Source: Haliotis rufescens (Eukaryota). Taken from it: a DNA stretch of 64,000 nucleotides. Positions within the stretch are counted from its first letter, which is position 1, and each line of letters begins with the position of its first letter. The DNA lies in the NCBI RefSeq assembly GCF_023055435.1, contig NW_025964223.1:37324001-37388000 (forward strand), given 5' to 3'. Shown here in pieces: positions 11,701 to 25,948 of the stretch. The notes beneath the pieces were generated by a model. It had not been told where the DNA came from. It saw nothing but the letters and a program-made list of their open reading frames with translations, and searched no databases. The position numbers and the translations under genes are program-made.

Positions 11701-14700
11701 ACTATTGCAGATTATTGTTATGATATATATACACCTGGATTGTCGTAGGCCAAAAGACTTGCCATTTACTATCAAAACAATAAAGGTGCAATTAGATCCG
11801 GATGGAGGACAAAATTTGAAGCCACGCACAAATTACAATACCACATTCAGATAGTGGGCATTTTGCCTGTCTTAAAAACCTCACAGTACTGCAGTGGCAG
11901 CCATATGATATTGAATGTCTTTTTGGCCTATTACCGTATTCGACCCGTTAAGCGCCCAGGGCGCTTAAAAAAAGACAGAAGGGGTGGGCGCTTATTGGGA
12001 CCAATTCAGAGTCAAATTGGCGTAAATTCATCAGTAAGCCTTACCGTATTTTCTTGAGAATAGTGCACACTTTTTTCCCAAAAACACAGCTGTATAGAAG
12101 GGGGTGCGCATTATACACGAATTAATGAGTTTTGATGTTTTTTACCCCATGGAAAGACATTACTGTGAGCACATAACACCGGAAATACCATGTCAACAAA
12201 TCCATACTGAAGTTCGCAAATTATTCATGTAATTACACTGTCTGGCTATAAAAAGTGTTCTTTGTATATCTGGACTTTTGTTTGTAACTTATTTCATTAA
12301 TTTTATTCAAAATTCCTTTTAATATTTTTAAAATTAATTTCGGAAATCGTGTGTGAAGCGATCGGAAGATCGCACAACTCACCGTTATTAACAGCAACCA
12401 CAGTCAGATTACCGCTATTGACGCCTTGAAACGAACTTAAGTTGACAGAGAATGGATACATATATCATAAATGCCATACTTTGATTCGTTAAAAGTCATA
12501 TTTGTTTTTGTTGGACGATTCTTTGTCAACATGTAATTCTCGTGATTACACGATCGCGTGCACGGGAGCCTTGCCGGTGACTGGTCAGACTGGTTCCATG
12601 TAAAAAATAATACCCGGCAATAGCGATCAGCTGCTTCGCTTAGGGTTATTATTATTTTAAATATGTTTAGTAAAAGCTGCATCTAAATTAGCAAGATATT
12701 GGAATATATTATTCCTGATAAAAAAATAGTTTCAGATACAACTTTTGCTGATCCTTGCATTTAAAATCCTGTAAAGTTACATCATTGGGTGTGTCTTGAT
12801 CGAATCACCGGTAGATTCCAAGAAAACGTGTGTACAGCTGATTGCTGTGTCTGGCTTAGTTTACGAGAAAATGCACAGGGTAATCTTAATCCCTGGATAT
12901 ATTGGGGGAGGGGCGCTTAATGGGTCGAATACGGTACTCTGTCATTTCTACATGTATCATTATGACATTTGATATGGGGAAAAGCGTATTGGCCTGTGTT
13001 CGGTGACAGGCAACAGCTCATATATATTTATAGCCAGTAGGGCTTGCAAAAAAGATCGGTAATCAGAATTATCATCGATGGGAAGAAATATTAACGATTA
13101 TCGATATGAAAATTGTGTCATCGATAATACCTTACATACACTATTTTGACGAAATAAAGTTTAGGTTTACCAAAACAGACTTGTTCTTGTCAATAATGTT
13201 AATTGCTGAAGATGGAAAGTAACTGTCTTTGTTATATCTCAAATGTCCACTAAGTAATCCCTGAATACATGTGCCACCACTCACCAGTGGAGAGAAATGT
13301 GTTGATTTCTTTCGGATTTCTTTTTGCGTATTTGCTGAAAGATACTTCACCAATATTTATCAATAATTGATCGATAGTTAGTTAAAGATAATCAATCACT
13401 TTGATCTGTATCGGTTCTCAGCCCTAATAGCCAGGGATTAAAAAGAAATTCAGTATTCATAATAAAGGCATGGACTTACAGTAGGTTTTCTTCTTAAGTC
13501 AAAGAGGATTCATCCGATTTTAGGTAAGTCAAGCGAGTCCCAAAACTAATCGGCAGGTCACCGGAACATTTGTTGAATTTTATTTTAGATGTCAAATTTG
13601 TGACTTCAGGCTGACAGTTTTTTACCCCTGATAGAGAGCTTGGTTGTGACCTGTTTAACTTCTGCTTGTTTTCATTAGAAGAAACATGCTTATTTCAGAT
13701 TGTGTTAAACAAAACTGCATCCTGTTCTATAATATATATAAAAAACTCCTGATCTGCCCCTTGCTCTAACATGACTTAAGAAAAGATGTGGGAATGTCAC
13801 ATGACCATTTCAAGAAAACAAATATCTAACTCTTTTTTTTCTTTTTCTTTTTTTTTAAAATCATTTTACATTTATTTGATAAAATGTGACATTCCAGTAC
13901 ATAGTTGATTAATCATCTAAATAGATGATGGCATGTTGACCAAAATTTATAGAACAGGCCAGTGTCACACTCAATAATCGCTACACATTTAGTAAGGTTG
14001 TAGTAGTTTCTTATTTCGTTCTGAAAGACTTGAAATGACGGGAGTCTCTTATTTAACCTAATTTTTAAATATAAGGTCGTTTATTATCAAGAAGATTTAG
14101 AGGGTTTCTTTGTAATTTCGATTTGGATGTTAGCCTTTTGAAGTAGCCAAACTTCAAGTTGACGCCAGATTTGCTGAACCATATTACAGGACCAGAAAAG
14201 ATGGATTGGGGTCTCCATATCAACTGAACAAAAACTGCAATTTCGACTTTCAACATAACCTAATTTACACAAGAAAACATTAGTCTATAAACAAATATCT
14301 AACATGATGAAACACATTTAGTTGAGACAATTTTTTAAAATCTGTCTCCCATATCTTCCAGAAAACAAGCTTTCGCAACCAACTATTACACAAAATATCG
14401 TGATTAATATATAGCTTCCGCTATCTTATGAAAGTTGTTAACTTTATGCTGTAAACTTGGTTCAGTGAAGCTGTTACTATGATCATCATAATAACAGTCG
14501 TATAGCTGGAATATTGCTGAGTGTGGCGTTTAAGTATCTGGTTCATTTTTTATCAACCCCTGTTGATGACATTCTCATGGGGTTGTATGTATTACACTGA
14601 TACGATACCTCTCTGCATAAAGAGCTTCATAAGAGGCTCTGCCAGGTGAACTTTCGCATCAGCGAATCAGTGTTGATGCTTCCTATTTCTCGTTACGAGT

Positions 14701-17291
14701 TAGCTAAGCATTCAGACAAGTATATTTGATCACCGTACTTAAAAAAATAATATAAACGAGGAATGTGAAAATATTTGTGATTTGTGAGTACAGTCAAAGT
14801 TTGCTCAGGATTCACTGGAAACAACCTTCTATGTAGATGATGTCCACATTTGAAACAGACAGTGGAGTATTGGAGTAAAAGATCGGATTTTAATGAGACT
14901 GTGATGATCTCCAAAACAAATTATGCTGCTCAACTTCCTGGGCCTATTTGCTCATATATTGTATTGTAAGCTTATGTTATAGTAATAATTTTCCATAATC
15001 TCTTTGCTAAGATGTTATATTACTGGCACAGCAGCTATTTCTTCTCTTGTCATGGTAACTGATGTTTGTCTTCCATGTCTTCAGGACACTGCTGGTCAGG
15101 AGAGATTTCATGCACTGGGACCCATCTACTACAGAGATAGTAATGGAGCTATCCTTGTCTATGACATCACAGATGAAGATTCCTTCCAGAAGGCTAGTCA
15201 TAAATTATTACTTCATTAGTAAGATGAGCTACAGATGATTTGGCAAATTAGGTTTTATCATTAGCCTAGTGTGTCGTACCATAAGCAATTTTTCCTCTTT
15301 TTACCTTTGGCGACAACGAAAAAAACTTTGTTTCTAGTAACCTGTCCGCTCCTGCAAACTAGCTCTGACAGAAAAAGTTTTTGTTTATTTTATTTATATT
15401 TATACACCCTATATGGCTATCAGCATGTCCATCTATACGATAAGTCATTTAATTACCTGAATGAAAAATATCCAACCCAACTGCATGTAATAATGCAGTC
15501 ACGTTGCCAAAACAGAGGTATGTTTAATGAAGGCTCAGGGGTTATTGGTAAATTCTATGTCTAAAACCAGGTCTAAATTTACAGGACTGGAATACTTCGT
15601 CTTTGTTCCACTTTGTGGTATATGGTATATATATGTTTAGAAGTGTTTCCCACGACTCTATAGAGAATTTTGATATGAGGTTATCTTCTGCAGGTTAAGA
15701 ACTGGGTGAAGGAACTGCGCCGAATGCTTGGAAATGATGTATCCCTGTGTATAGCTGGCAACAAAACAGACTTGGAGAAGGAGAGGCATGTTCCTGTTGC
15801 TGATGCTGAGGCGTGAGTTAATCAACTTGATTGTTTTTGCAGCTTGCAGAGTAGAATTGGTCCTACTCATGCTTATGTATGATTGAAGTGGTTACTCAAA
15901 TTGTAGAATACTACTCGCAAATTAATACTCACCATGCTTACATTAACTGCTCTCTGTTGCTGGTATTTGGACCGTTTCAATGCAAATGGTGAATTTTGTT
16001 GTAATATATGTAATATTTTGAGGTGCAAGACATTGATGTGCAGATCAATTCTTTTCATGATGTAATGTGATATATCTATGATCAACTAGGGCACAGAGGC
16101 TCAATATTCAAAGTCACATGTTTCTTGCTGTGTAGAGTTACATCCCTTTGTCATGCCTGCTATAATTTTGGTCTGTCTGCACCTTGCCTGTGCTTGTGGG
16201 TCTCACCTGTGGGCACCTCTTTACATGTAATTAATTTTCTATCTCACTAATGTGGACTGGTGGCTTGCTTTAGATTGCCCTCCCATTTTCATGTCCAATA
16301 GATATGGCACAGGACACGATGTAGTCATGGTAATATATGGTATTTTGTGTTATTTTGTTCCCATATGTCAGCATGGTCAGTAAACAATATTTTTTTGTTG
16401 AATTTGAATAATAAACTTAAAAGATTTTGATTTTCTCTTTATAGATATGCAGCATCAGTGGGTGCTAGACACTTTCACACATCAGCGAAACTCAATAAGG
16501 GTATTGAAGAGATGTTCTTGGATTTAAGTAAAGGTGAGTACAACCCTGGTGCTTCCAGACTGCTCATTGGAGACATCAAACTAAGACATCAGACATCAAA
16601 GTCTTTTTGTTTGCATCATGTCCATTAATGTTGTTATATTTTAAGAGCACTACCTCTATTAGAATCATTGTGACTTGCTGTTTTATTATCAAAAACAATT
16701 GTAACTAACAAAATTTATTAGTAAAACAGAATTATGCTTCTTGTGATATCATCAAAATAGCCTCATCAGATATTGGTTCATAATTTGTAGTTGACAATAT
16801 TGATATTTTATTAACTTGGGTTGTATCCTTAAGTATAAACAATGAATCAGTGAAATAAACATTGTACTAGCAGTCATCAGATTAAGATGCTAAAAGGTGT
16901 TTCAAACCATAAGGGCTGTTATCTCTGTTCATTCATTTAAAATTGATACAAAATGTTGGTTCAGGTTATGTTCAGTTTTGAATGGAATATCTTGACTATG
17001 TAGCCAGAGACTAAACCAGAATCGTCATTCCTAGTTATTTCCAATTATGATAGACCATCTCAGTCATTTGAAGCACATTTTGATATCTTAACAAAGATAG
17101 CATGATTATGGTAATGTGAAAAAGAAATTGGCAATAGACATCTAATTGATTGTGTGTTTTATGTAGGTATGATTGAGAAATCGGGCACTGACACATTAGG
17201 TCGAAGCAAGACGGGGACAAACACACGGAAGAGTGTTGTTGTGGTAGACGATGAACAGACAGAGCAGAAATCAGGCAGTGGATGCTGTTGA
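8739..17291 (+). CDS. RAB21: Ras-related protein Rab-21 (212 aa, 6 exons)
   Basis: Exons 8739-8876, 10618-10677, 15085-15192, 15694-15812, 16445-16533 and 17167-17291 join to 639 nt in frame. Motifs: [31 protein letters not shown] (Rab21 signature), GNKTD, TSAK and a C-terminal GCC prenylation site. Intron 3 has a GC donor. Confidence 0.96.
10160..10433 (+). mobile_element. tRNA-derived V-domain-like SINE in Rab21 intron 1
   Basis: 13-bp TSD TCATAGCAAGATT (10147-10159 and 10434-10446). A box TGGCCTAGT, B box GGTTCGAATCC, V-domain-like GTGGGTTTC...TTTCCTCCCACA, and a (ACTC)n tail. Confidence 0.85.
11934..12934. mobile_element. Non-autonomous Tc1/mariner-type element with nested insertions
   Basis: TA-flanked TIRs CCGTATTCGACCC(G/A)TTAAGCGCCC at both ends. 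A second CCGTATTT terminus lies at about 12044. The internal segment 12405-12700 is homologous to 11178-11500. Confidence 0.8.
13038..13426. mobile_element. hAT MITE
   Basis: Termini TAGGGCT...AGCCCTA, a perfect 8-bp TSD ATAGCCAG (13030-13037 and 13427-13434), and ATCGAT subterminal motifs. Confidence 0.85.
13833..14400 (-). mobile_element. L1/Tx1-type LINE 3' fragment
   Basis: Minus-strand peptide [25 protein letters not shown] (CCHC zf-RVT at the ORF2 C-terminus), followed by AATAAA and a poly(A) tail (T-run 13833-13856 on +). Confidence 0.8.
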
Positions 17292-20139
17292 TGTGAAACT
17301 GTTCACACCCTTGGCATCACACCCAGCAACAGCATGCTCATTGGACGAGGCTGTGCTTGGCATCCAATCATTACTGGTTGTTCATTTGATCTTGGTCTAA
17401 ACCTTCACCTTCATGTTTGACTGCTTTGTGTAGATGTTCAATCTTTTTGATTAACATAAATCATACATTTTTAATTTAACAACTTATTTCCCCTTTGGCT
17501 TTGTATATTTGCCTATGCTTTGGCATTTACTTTAATCTACAAATTTTTAATATTAGAAAGTTGATGGACAAATATGTAATATTTGCTCACGCTATAAGAA
17601 CATTTTGAACAATGATCAGTGCAGTCATAGCCAAAGCAGTCTTCCCTAGAAATGAGTGCTGAATGTAACCAAATACCTTCCTCGTAATGTCCCCAATCCC
17701 TTTCCTACATATAATGTACATAGTTGAGTGTAATATATATTTATGCATGTGTGTGTGCTGGCAACCACGGGATGTAGTGAGCATGAGAATACAGTGCCTC
17801 TTGGGTACACTGATAGTGATTGGTAGACATTGACTTGAAGGGGCTAGTCTATTATGTGGCTAGTCATTCCAGCAATGTTGGCAGGATTGTCAACCTCCTG
17901 TGGAGCAGATCACTCACCATGTAATGAGTAGCCAAGGAATGTGAAGTAGAATGCTTTGTAAATAGTCTGTGTGCTAGAGACATGTCAGGTGCTTTGAGTT
18001 AAGGTGTACCCGGTTCATCTGTTCTTGGATGATGCTGGTCCGGTAGGATACATGTCCATATACAATTTTGCAGGTCTTTACTCATCAGTTGAACATGCCT
18101 CAAGTGTAGTTGTGTTCACAAAGCACAGCGTTGTTATGAAATATCACTGTTTCCTGCCCTGGTCACATAAGGTTTTTTATTCCAATAGAAGTTGTCTCAC
18201 TTACATGTTGGTCTAATAATAGCAGTTGTGTGTTTGTGATTAAACCACACATTTTCTTGTATCCAGTTTCTTATGTAGTAGATACAACCATTTTATGGTT
18301 TCTTATTTTATTCTTTAAATTTACGACATTAATTATGCCTCCCTCTCTCTGAGGTATGTAGTACACATTTGTAATCCAGCAAGTTGCTGTCAGGAGCTTT
18401 AACTGATGTAAGAAAATAAACAAAAGTATATGAGTAAGACTGGACCAATACTGTTACAGAATTTAGTAGGGTTGTATTGAACATTATAGGTTTGGAGTCA
18501 AATGTTGCATCAACTGTCTAAAACTGTTGTCAACTGCTTTGCCGCGGACACTATTGTTCATATCGGTTTTACATCACACTATTTGTGTGAATATTTAGAC
18601 TTGTATATTCATTGTAATAATTTATCTGTATATAACCAGGAGAATGGAGCTGTAACCATGATAACAGTCCATATGATGTGTACAATTCTCGTCTTACCCC
18701 CTGATTAAGGTTAATTCTAGTTACACAGTAACAAATACATGTGTACACAGTAATGAAAATTCATGTTCAGCTTTTTACTAATCATGTAAAGTTGTGGTTT
18801 TTGAAAAGGAATCTCCTTTTATCTTGACAAGACAACAGACTCACACTCCATGTCATTTGAAAATTGTGTTCAGATAACATCAAAGGTTTGAAGTTTTAGC
18901 AGTTGGTCAGAGAAAACACTTCCACTTTGCTGTAAATAATCCTGTTGTTTAGTTTCTGGTGTTATGACTACATATGAAGGTGATATGTAATCAAATTGTT
19001 ACTTCTGCATTTTCCAATATTGTGAATGTGATGCCTACATTTGTAGTAGTTCTAGATTTATTTAATATGGCTCAATGTTACGTAGGAATTCAAATGTGTT
19101 GTTAATAAAACGTTTTCATGTGCTCATCAAAATCATGATTCCCAGATCTTCGTTCAGTTTATCTTTGAAGACAGATGATCCAAAAATTCTTGCAGGTGTC
19201 TAGTAGCTGATGAATTGTGTTCATTTGTCAAAATCAAAAGCTAAGATCACTCATTTATGTGTTTGTTATTATGAGCACAGTGTGGGCCGGGATATTGTGG
19301 CAAAGTCAGTACTCTTGAAGTGTATTTCTGTCGGCCACAGTTAAGATGGTAGCTCGATGCAGCCCAAGTTGTTCACATAGACCAGGATCTCCCTGCACAT
19401 GCCGTAGTCAGGCTGAGTGGACAGGGGTGGAAGTTATAGTGCTGTGTCAGTATGGTACTACAGTATCATTTAATGATACAAGTCAACATATGTTGGAGAC
19501 ATCTATGTAGAAATTATTCTTTCATCGTGTAAGAAATGCAGGAACATGAATTGCAGGTCAGTTTGCCTCGCACTGAGAGACCAGTAAAATAACTAACAGT
19601 CTGCATTTCTGGTTAAAATACAATATGCTTGTCTAATGACTGTATTGCTCTGTTGTAAGTAATGATGTTTGTCCAGACAGTAGACGATGTATGTATCTCT
19701 TGCCCACCGTAATGTCTCACCTCTCACTGAACTGTCTTGTCACTAATCAAGTTAAGACTCTTAGAGGTATAACATTGGCAGTGGTTGATTCAGAACAAAG
19801 CCATGTGCTTTCATACTGTATTTATTATGTATGTATAGATTCAGTAGCCATGTACAGCCAGGTCTTTTACTCCTAATCAGATATTGTGCATTTCTGTACT
19901 AATATCAAAATCATCGGAAAATGTTGTAACTATTAAATAGTTAAATGAAAAAAGCCAAGTTCCTAAAGCAGGACACTGTGGAAGATGTTTGTTTGTCTTT
20001 AAAGTATTACATTTTGGAACAGAGTCCCTCAAGACATGTAAATGTGTCCAGTGTGTGGACATGTGGCTGGATTATGTGAAAGAAGATGAAGGTTATGTCA
20101 CAGACAGTGTATATTTGTAAACCTTGTGATCATGTCATC

Positions 20140-20145
20140 AATAAA
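20140..20145 (+). other. Candidate Rab21 polyadenylation signal (a proximal AATAAA lies at 19104-19109)
   Basis: AATAAA followed by a GT/T-rich tract, at the end of about 2.9 kb of repeat-free, UTR-like sequence after the stop codon. Confidence 0.45.
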
Positions 20146-20369
20146 TGATTCAACATATACATGTATTGTTTCATTGTCTTTCACCCTGGGGGTAGCCAGG
20201 TGGTAAAGCTGCGACCTGTTAACACCTCAGTAAATTAACTCAACACGCTAATGAGTGATTAACGTTGACTGGGTTTAATAGTGGGGAATAAACACTGTGG
20301 CTTATTCCTAAAATAAGTCTCCTGAACCATAAAATAGAAGCTCATCTCCTGTTTATCAAACTAGTCTTA

Positions 20370-21397
20370 TAGATGGTGCAAGGTCAGGAGAGTAAGGAGG
20401 ATGTGGAAGGATTTCATAGCCACAGGACCCCGCTTCTGTCTGGGCAATATGAGAGTTGTGTAGTGGAGCATTGTCTTGCAGGAGACGGAAACCCTTGGTC
20501 AGCATGCCTCGCCTCTTAAGCTTGATAGCGTCACGCAATTTCCGCAGCAGTGAAGCATAATAAGCTCCTGTAATTGTGGTACCCTTTGCCAAGAAATCCA
20601 TCATCACTACTCGGTGCTGGTCCCAAAACACCGTGAGCATGACCTTGCCTGCAGAGGGTTGGACACGTGCCTTCTTTGGGGGTGGTGACTCCACATGCTT
20701 CCATTGCATCGACTGAACTTTAGTCTCAGGATCATAGTAATGGACCCATGTTTCATCTTGTGTGATAAGTCTGTCAAAAAAGTTTGCCTGTTTTTTTTGG
20801 CACATGTCCATAAGATCCTTTGAGCAATTGACTCGTTCCTGTTTTTGGAAAGGTGTGAGCAACCTGGGAATCCATCGTGCAGACACCTTATGCATGTTCA
20901 AATTGTCATGGATGATTTTTTTCCACAGACCCTACACTGATCTTGACATCTTGTGCTAACTGGCGAACGGTTATACGTCGGTCTGCCAAAATAGCGGTCT
21001 CCACTTGATGGATAGTGTCCTCATCAATGGCTGAATGGGGGCGACCAGGAATGGCAGCTGTTTCCACAGATGTCCGACCACACTTGAACTGGCGATGCCA
21101 GTGTTTAACAACGTCATATGATGGGGCATCTTCCCCATAAGTTGCTTTCATTTCATCGAAAGTTTCTTTTGGTGTGCGACCTTTCAAATATAAAAACCTA
21201 ATCACTGCTCGGGATTCTACTGGCTCCATTGTCACACCCTACTCGATCATAACACCTGTAAAAGTGGTAAAATTAATAGTTCGGTGCTGCAAATTCAGAC
21301 ATAACCCATAGTTACATGTATCATTACACATGTGAAATTTCAACCAACAATGATAACCCTAAGTGGTTTAGGATAAATCTTTAATGAACACCCCTCG
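20370..21397 (-). mobile_element. Mariner transposon copy 1 (3'-truncated, frameshifted)
   Basis: 5' TIR CGAGGGGTGTTCATTAAAG next to TA (21398-99). ORFs 20906-21235 and 20356-20901 carry an HTH, WIPRLL, ITQDETW, LQDNAP and HPPYSPDLAPS. The element breaks just before the third catalytic D and has a +1 frameshift in the T-run at about 20916-20922. Confidence 0.92.
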
Positions 21398-22006
21398 TAT
21401 TTACGACCAGATATGTACACTTATTGAGGTGGCCAAAATGACCATAAATACATGAGAAGTATCTACAAGTTCCAGATAAGCCCGCATGTGTCACAAAAAC
21501 ATTTCCAACATATGAATACGGTAAAAAAAAAAAACATGTATGAAAATAACATATATCCAATCAATACATGATAAAAGTGTGTCATTAAATCGCTAGAGAA
21601 AAATGTTTTTGGGTCACTAATTCTCTAACAAGTAACACAAAGACACCTGGCAGCCTTCTACCAAACCAGTCAGCACTGCTTTTAGACATACTTTGCACGC
21701 ATCGTTGACGGACATATAAGTTGATTCATACCAAAAGTAGCCTATGAATAGAGAAGAAACCAACAAGATAAATCTGACGTCCTTTTACAATATTTATAAA
21801 CCTAAAGCAGATTTTGCCTGTTGTTTACGATACAGCTCATTTTCACATAATGACCCTAAGAAAACCTTGTTCTAACCTTGCCAATACCCTCTTGCCGAGG
21901 TCTTACTTTCCCGACCCCAACCTCGGAGCCGTGCTTTATCCTACACATATTCTGTGAAAGCAAAGTTCCTCTAGCGTCTGTCACGAGGCATGTAGGGACA
22001 AGAACA

Positions 22007-22080
22007 ATCTCATTAAAATCAGATCTTAGCCCTCGCTTTGTTTAGCGGCAGCGAGAACTTCGATATGATTTTAATGAGAT
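22007..22080. repeat. 74-bp fold-back element flanked by 13-bp direct repeats
   Basis: Perfect 15-bp inverted repeat ATCTCATTAAAATCA / TGATTTTAATGAGAT with an inner CTCGCT/AGCGAG stem. AGGGACAAGAACA lies on both sides (21994-22006, 22081-22093). Confidence 0.75.
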
Positions 22081-22383
22081 AGGGACAAGAACAACGAACC
22101 TATGTCTACTCACTTATCACTAGACCGTTGATGTCACATGAGGGGCATCTTCTCTGATTAGGCATTATTTATTCTAAGGCTGAAAATATCTTACACGGAT
22201 CGCAATACCATACCAGTGGCCCTGTCAGATTATTCGGGGAGCTGTAACCCATGATATACTCATTGATCCTAATAACAGATTCAGTCCGCAATACTTAAAT
22301 ACTGTTAAAAGATGGGTTTAACCCAACTCACTCATTATTCTGATATTTGGCTTTGGAGTCCTAACAATTTCCCATTGTTGGTG

Positions 22384-25300
22384 GCTACAATACTTTCCAC
22401 AATACTCCTTGACACGTGGATGATTATAGCTACAATACTTTCCACAATACTCCTTGACACTTGGATGATTATAGCTACAATACTTTCCCAGTACTCCTTG
22501 ACACTTGGATGATTATAGCTACAATACTTTCCACAATACTCCTTGACACTTGGATGATTATAGCTACACTACTTTCCACAATACTCCTTGACACTTGGAT
22601 GATTATAGTTTCAATACTTTCCACAATACTCCTTGACACTTGGATGATTATAGTTACAATACTTTCCACAATACTCCTTGACACTTCGATGATTATAGCT
22701 GCAATACTTTCCACAATACTCCTTGACACTTGGATGATTATAGCTACAATACTTTCCACAATACTCCTTGACACATGGATGATTATAGTTACAATACTTT
22801 CCACAATACTCCTTGACACTCGGATGATTATAGTTACAATACTTTCCACAATACTCCTTGACACATGGATGATTATAGCTACAATACTTTCCACAATACT
22901 CCTTCACACGTGGATGATTATAGCTACAATACTTTCCACAATACTCCTTGACACTTGGATGATTATAGCTACAATACTTTCCACAATACTCCTTGACACA
23001 TGGATGATTATAGTTACAATACTTTCCACAATACTCCTTGACACTTCGATGATTATAGCTGCAATACTTTCCACAATACTCCTTGACACTTGGATGATTA
23101 TAGCTACAATACTTTCCACAATACTCCTTGACACATGGATGATTATAGTTACAATACTTTCCACAATACTCCTTGACACTCGGATGATTATAGTTACAAT
23201 ACTTTCCACAATACTCCTTGACACATGGATGATTATAGCTACAATACTTTCCACAATACTCCTTCACACGTGGATGATTATAGCTACAATACTTTCCACA
23301 ATACTCCTTGACACTTGGATGATTATAGCTACAATACTTTCCACAATACTCCTTGACACATGGATGATTATAGTTACAATACTTTCCACAATACTCCTTG
23401 ACACTTGGATGATTATAGCTACAATACTTTCCACAATACTCCTTGACACTTGGATGATTATAGCTACAATACTTTCCACAGTACTCCTTGACACTTGGAT
23501 GATTATAGCTACAAAACTTTCCACAATACTCCTTGACACATGGATGATTATAGCTACAATACTTTCCACAATACTCCTTGACACTTGGATGATTATAGCT
23601 ACAATACTTTCCACAATACTCCTTGACACTTGGATGATTATAGCTACAATACTTTCCACAATACTCCTTGACACTTGGATGATTATAGCTACAATACTTT
23701 CCACAATACTCCTTGACACTTGGATGATTATAGCTACAATACTTTCCACACTACTCCTTGACACTTGGATGATTATAGTTACAATACTTTCCACAATACT
23801 CCTTGACACATGGATGATTATAGTTACAATACTTTCCACAATACTCCTTGACACGTGGATGATTATAGCTACAATACTTTCCACAATACTCCTTGACACT
23901 TGGATGATTATAGCTACAATACTTTCCACAGTACTCCTTGACACCTGGATGATTATAGCTACAAAACTTTCCACAATACTCCTTGACACTTGGATGATTA
24001 TAGCTACAATACTTTCCACAATACTCCTTGACACTTGGATGATTATAGCTACAATAATTTCCACAATAATTCCTTGACACTTGGATGATTATAGCTACAA
24101 TACTTTCCACAATACTCCTTGACACTTGGATGATTATAGCTACAATACTTTCCACAATACTCCTTGACACTTGGATGATTATAGCTACAATACTTTCCAC
24201 AATGCTCCTTGACACTTGGATGATAATAGCTACAATACTTTCCACAATACTCCTTGACACATGGATGATTATAGTTACAATACTTTCCACAATACTCCTT
24301 GACACGTGGATGATTATAGCTACAATACTTTCCACAATACTCCTTGACACTTGGATGATTATAGCTACAATACTTTCCACAGTACTCCTTGACACCTGGA
24401 TGATTATAGCTACAAAACTTTCCACAATACTCCTTGACACTTGGATGATTATAGCTACAATACTTTCCACAATACTCCTTGACACTTGGATGATTATAGC
24501 TACAATAATTTCCACAATAATTCCTTGACACTTGGATGATTATAGCTACAATACTTTCCACAATACTCCTTGACACTTGGATGATTATAGCTACAATACT
24601 TTCCACAATACTCCTTGACACTTGGATGATTATAGCTACAATACTTTCCACAATGCTCCTTGACACTTGGATGATAATAGCTACAATACTTTCCACAATA
24701 CTCCTTGACACTTGGATGATTATAGCTACAATACTTTCCACAATACTCCTTGACACTTGGATGATTATAGCTACAATACTTTCCACAATACTCCTTGACA
24801 CTTGGATGATTATAGCTACAATACTTTCCACAATACTCCTTGACACTTGGATGATTATAGCTACAATACTTTCCACAATACTCCTTGACACTTGGATGAT
24901 TATAGCTACAATACTTTCCACAGTACTCCTTGACACTTGGATGATTATAGCTTCAAAACTTTCCACAATACTCCTTGACACTTGGATGATTATAGCTACA
25001 ATACTTTCCACAATAATCCTTGACACTTGGATGATTATAGCTACAATACTTTCCACAATACTCCTTGACACTTGGATGATTATAGCTACAATACTTTCCA
25101 CAATACTCCTTGACACTTGGATGATTATAGCTACAATACTTTCCACAATACTCCTTGACACTTGGATGATAATAGCTACAATACTTTCCACAATACTTAT
25201 AGCTACAATACTTTCCACAATACTCCTTGACACTTGGATGATTATAGCTACAATACTTTCCACAATACTCCTTGACACTTGGATGATTATAGCTACAATA

Positions 25301-25660
25301 CTTTCCACAATACTCCTTGACACTTGGATGATTATAGCTACAATACTTTCCACAATACTCCTTGACACTTGGATGATTATAGCTACAATACTTTCCACAA
25401 TACTCCTTGACACTTGGATGATGATAGCTACAATACTTTCCACAATACTCCTTGACACTTGGATGATTATAGCTACAATACTTTCCACAATACTCCTTGA
25501 CACTTGGATGATTATAGTTACAATACTTTCCACAATACTCCTTGACACTTGGATGATTATAGCTACAATACTTTCCACAATACTCCTTGACACTTGGATG
25601 ATTATATCTACAATACTTTCCACAATACTCCTTAACACTTGGATGATTATAGCTACAATA
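22384..25660. repeat. Satellite A, 45-bp unit, about 73 copies
   Basis: Tandem GATGATTATAGCTACAATACTTTCCACAATACTCCTTGACACTTG, highly homogeneous, with higher-order blocks of 360 bp and 451 bp. Confidence 0.98.
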
Positions 25661-25948
25661 TCAAATGAAACTCTGAAGACCGTCATCAAAAATACAATCA
25701 CAGTGTTACAGGGAATGTTAACGTCACTGCTGATTCCTATCTCTAGGTGTGTATGATATGGTAAGCAAAACACACCATTCTGCCAAAACGTAGTTATACT
25801 ATATACAGTTCATATCATGTCTCTTGGATAGTTCAATGGTTTGTATGAGGATCCCATGCTTTTGTCCTCACTTATAACTGATATCAATTGCTACAAGACA
25901 CATAGTCGGTGCACTGCCACGCAGCTCCTGGGGTAGATGATTTCCTTG

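Noticed and set aside
22461-25773. Long ORFs (up to 574 aa) of WMIIATILSTILLDT, IVESIVAIIIQVSRS and VKEYCGKYCSYNHPS repeats
   Set aside because: A 45-bp unit is a multiple of three and happens to lack stops in several frames on both strands. Frame-breaking indels are tolerated and there is no gene structure.
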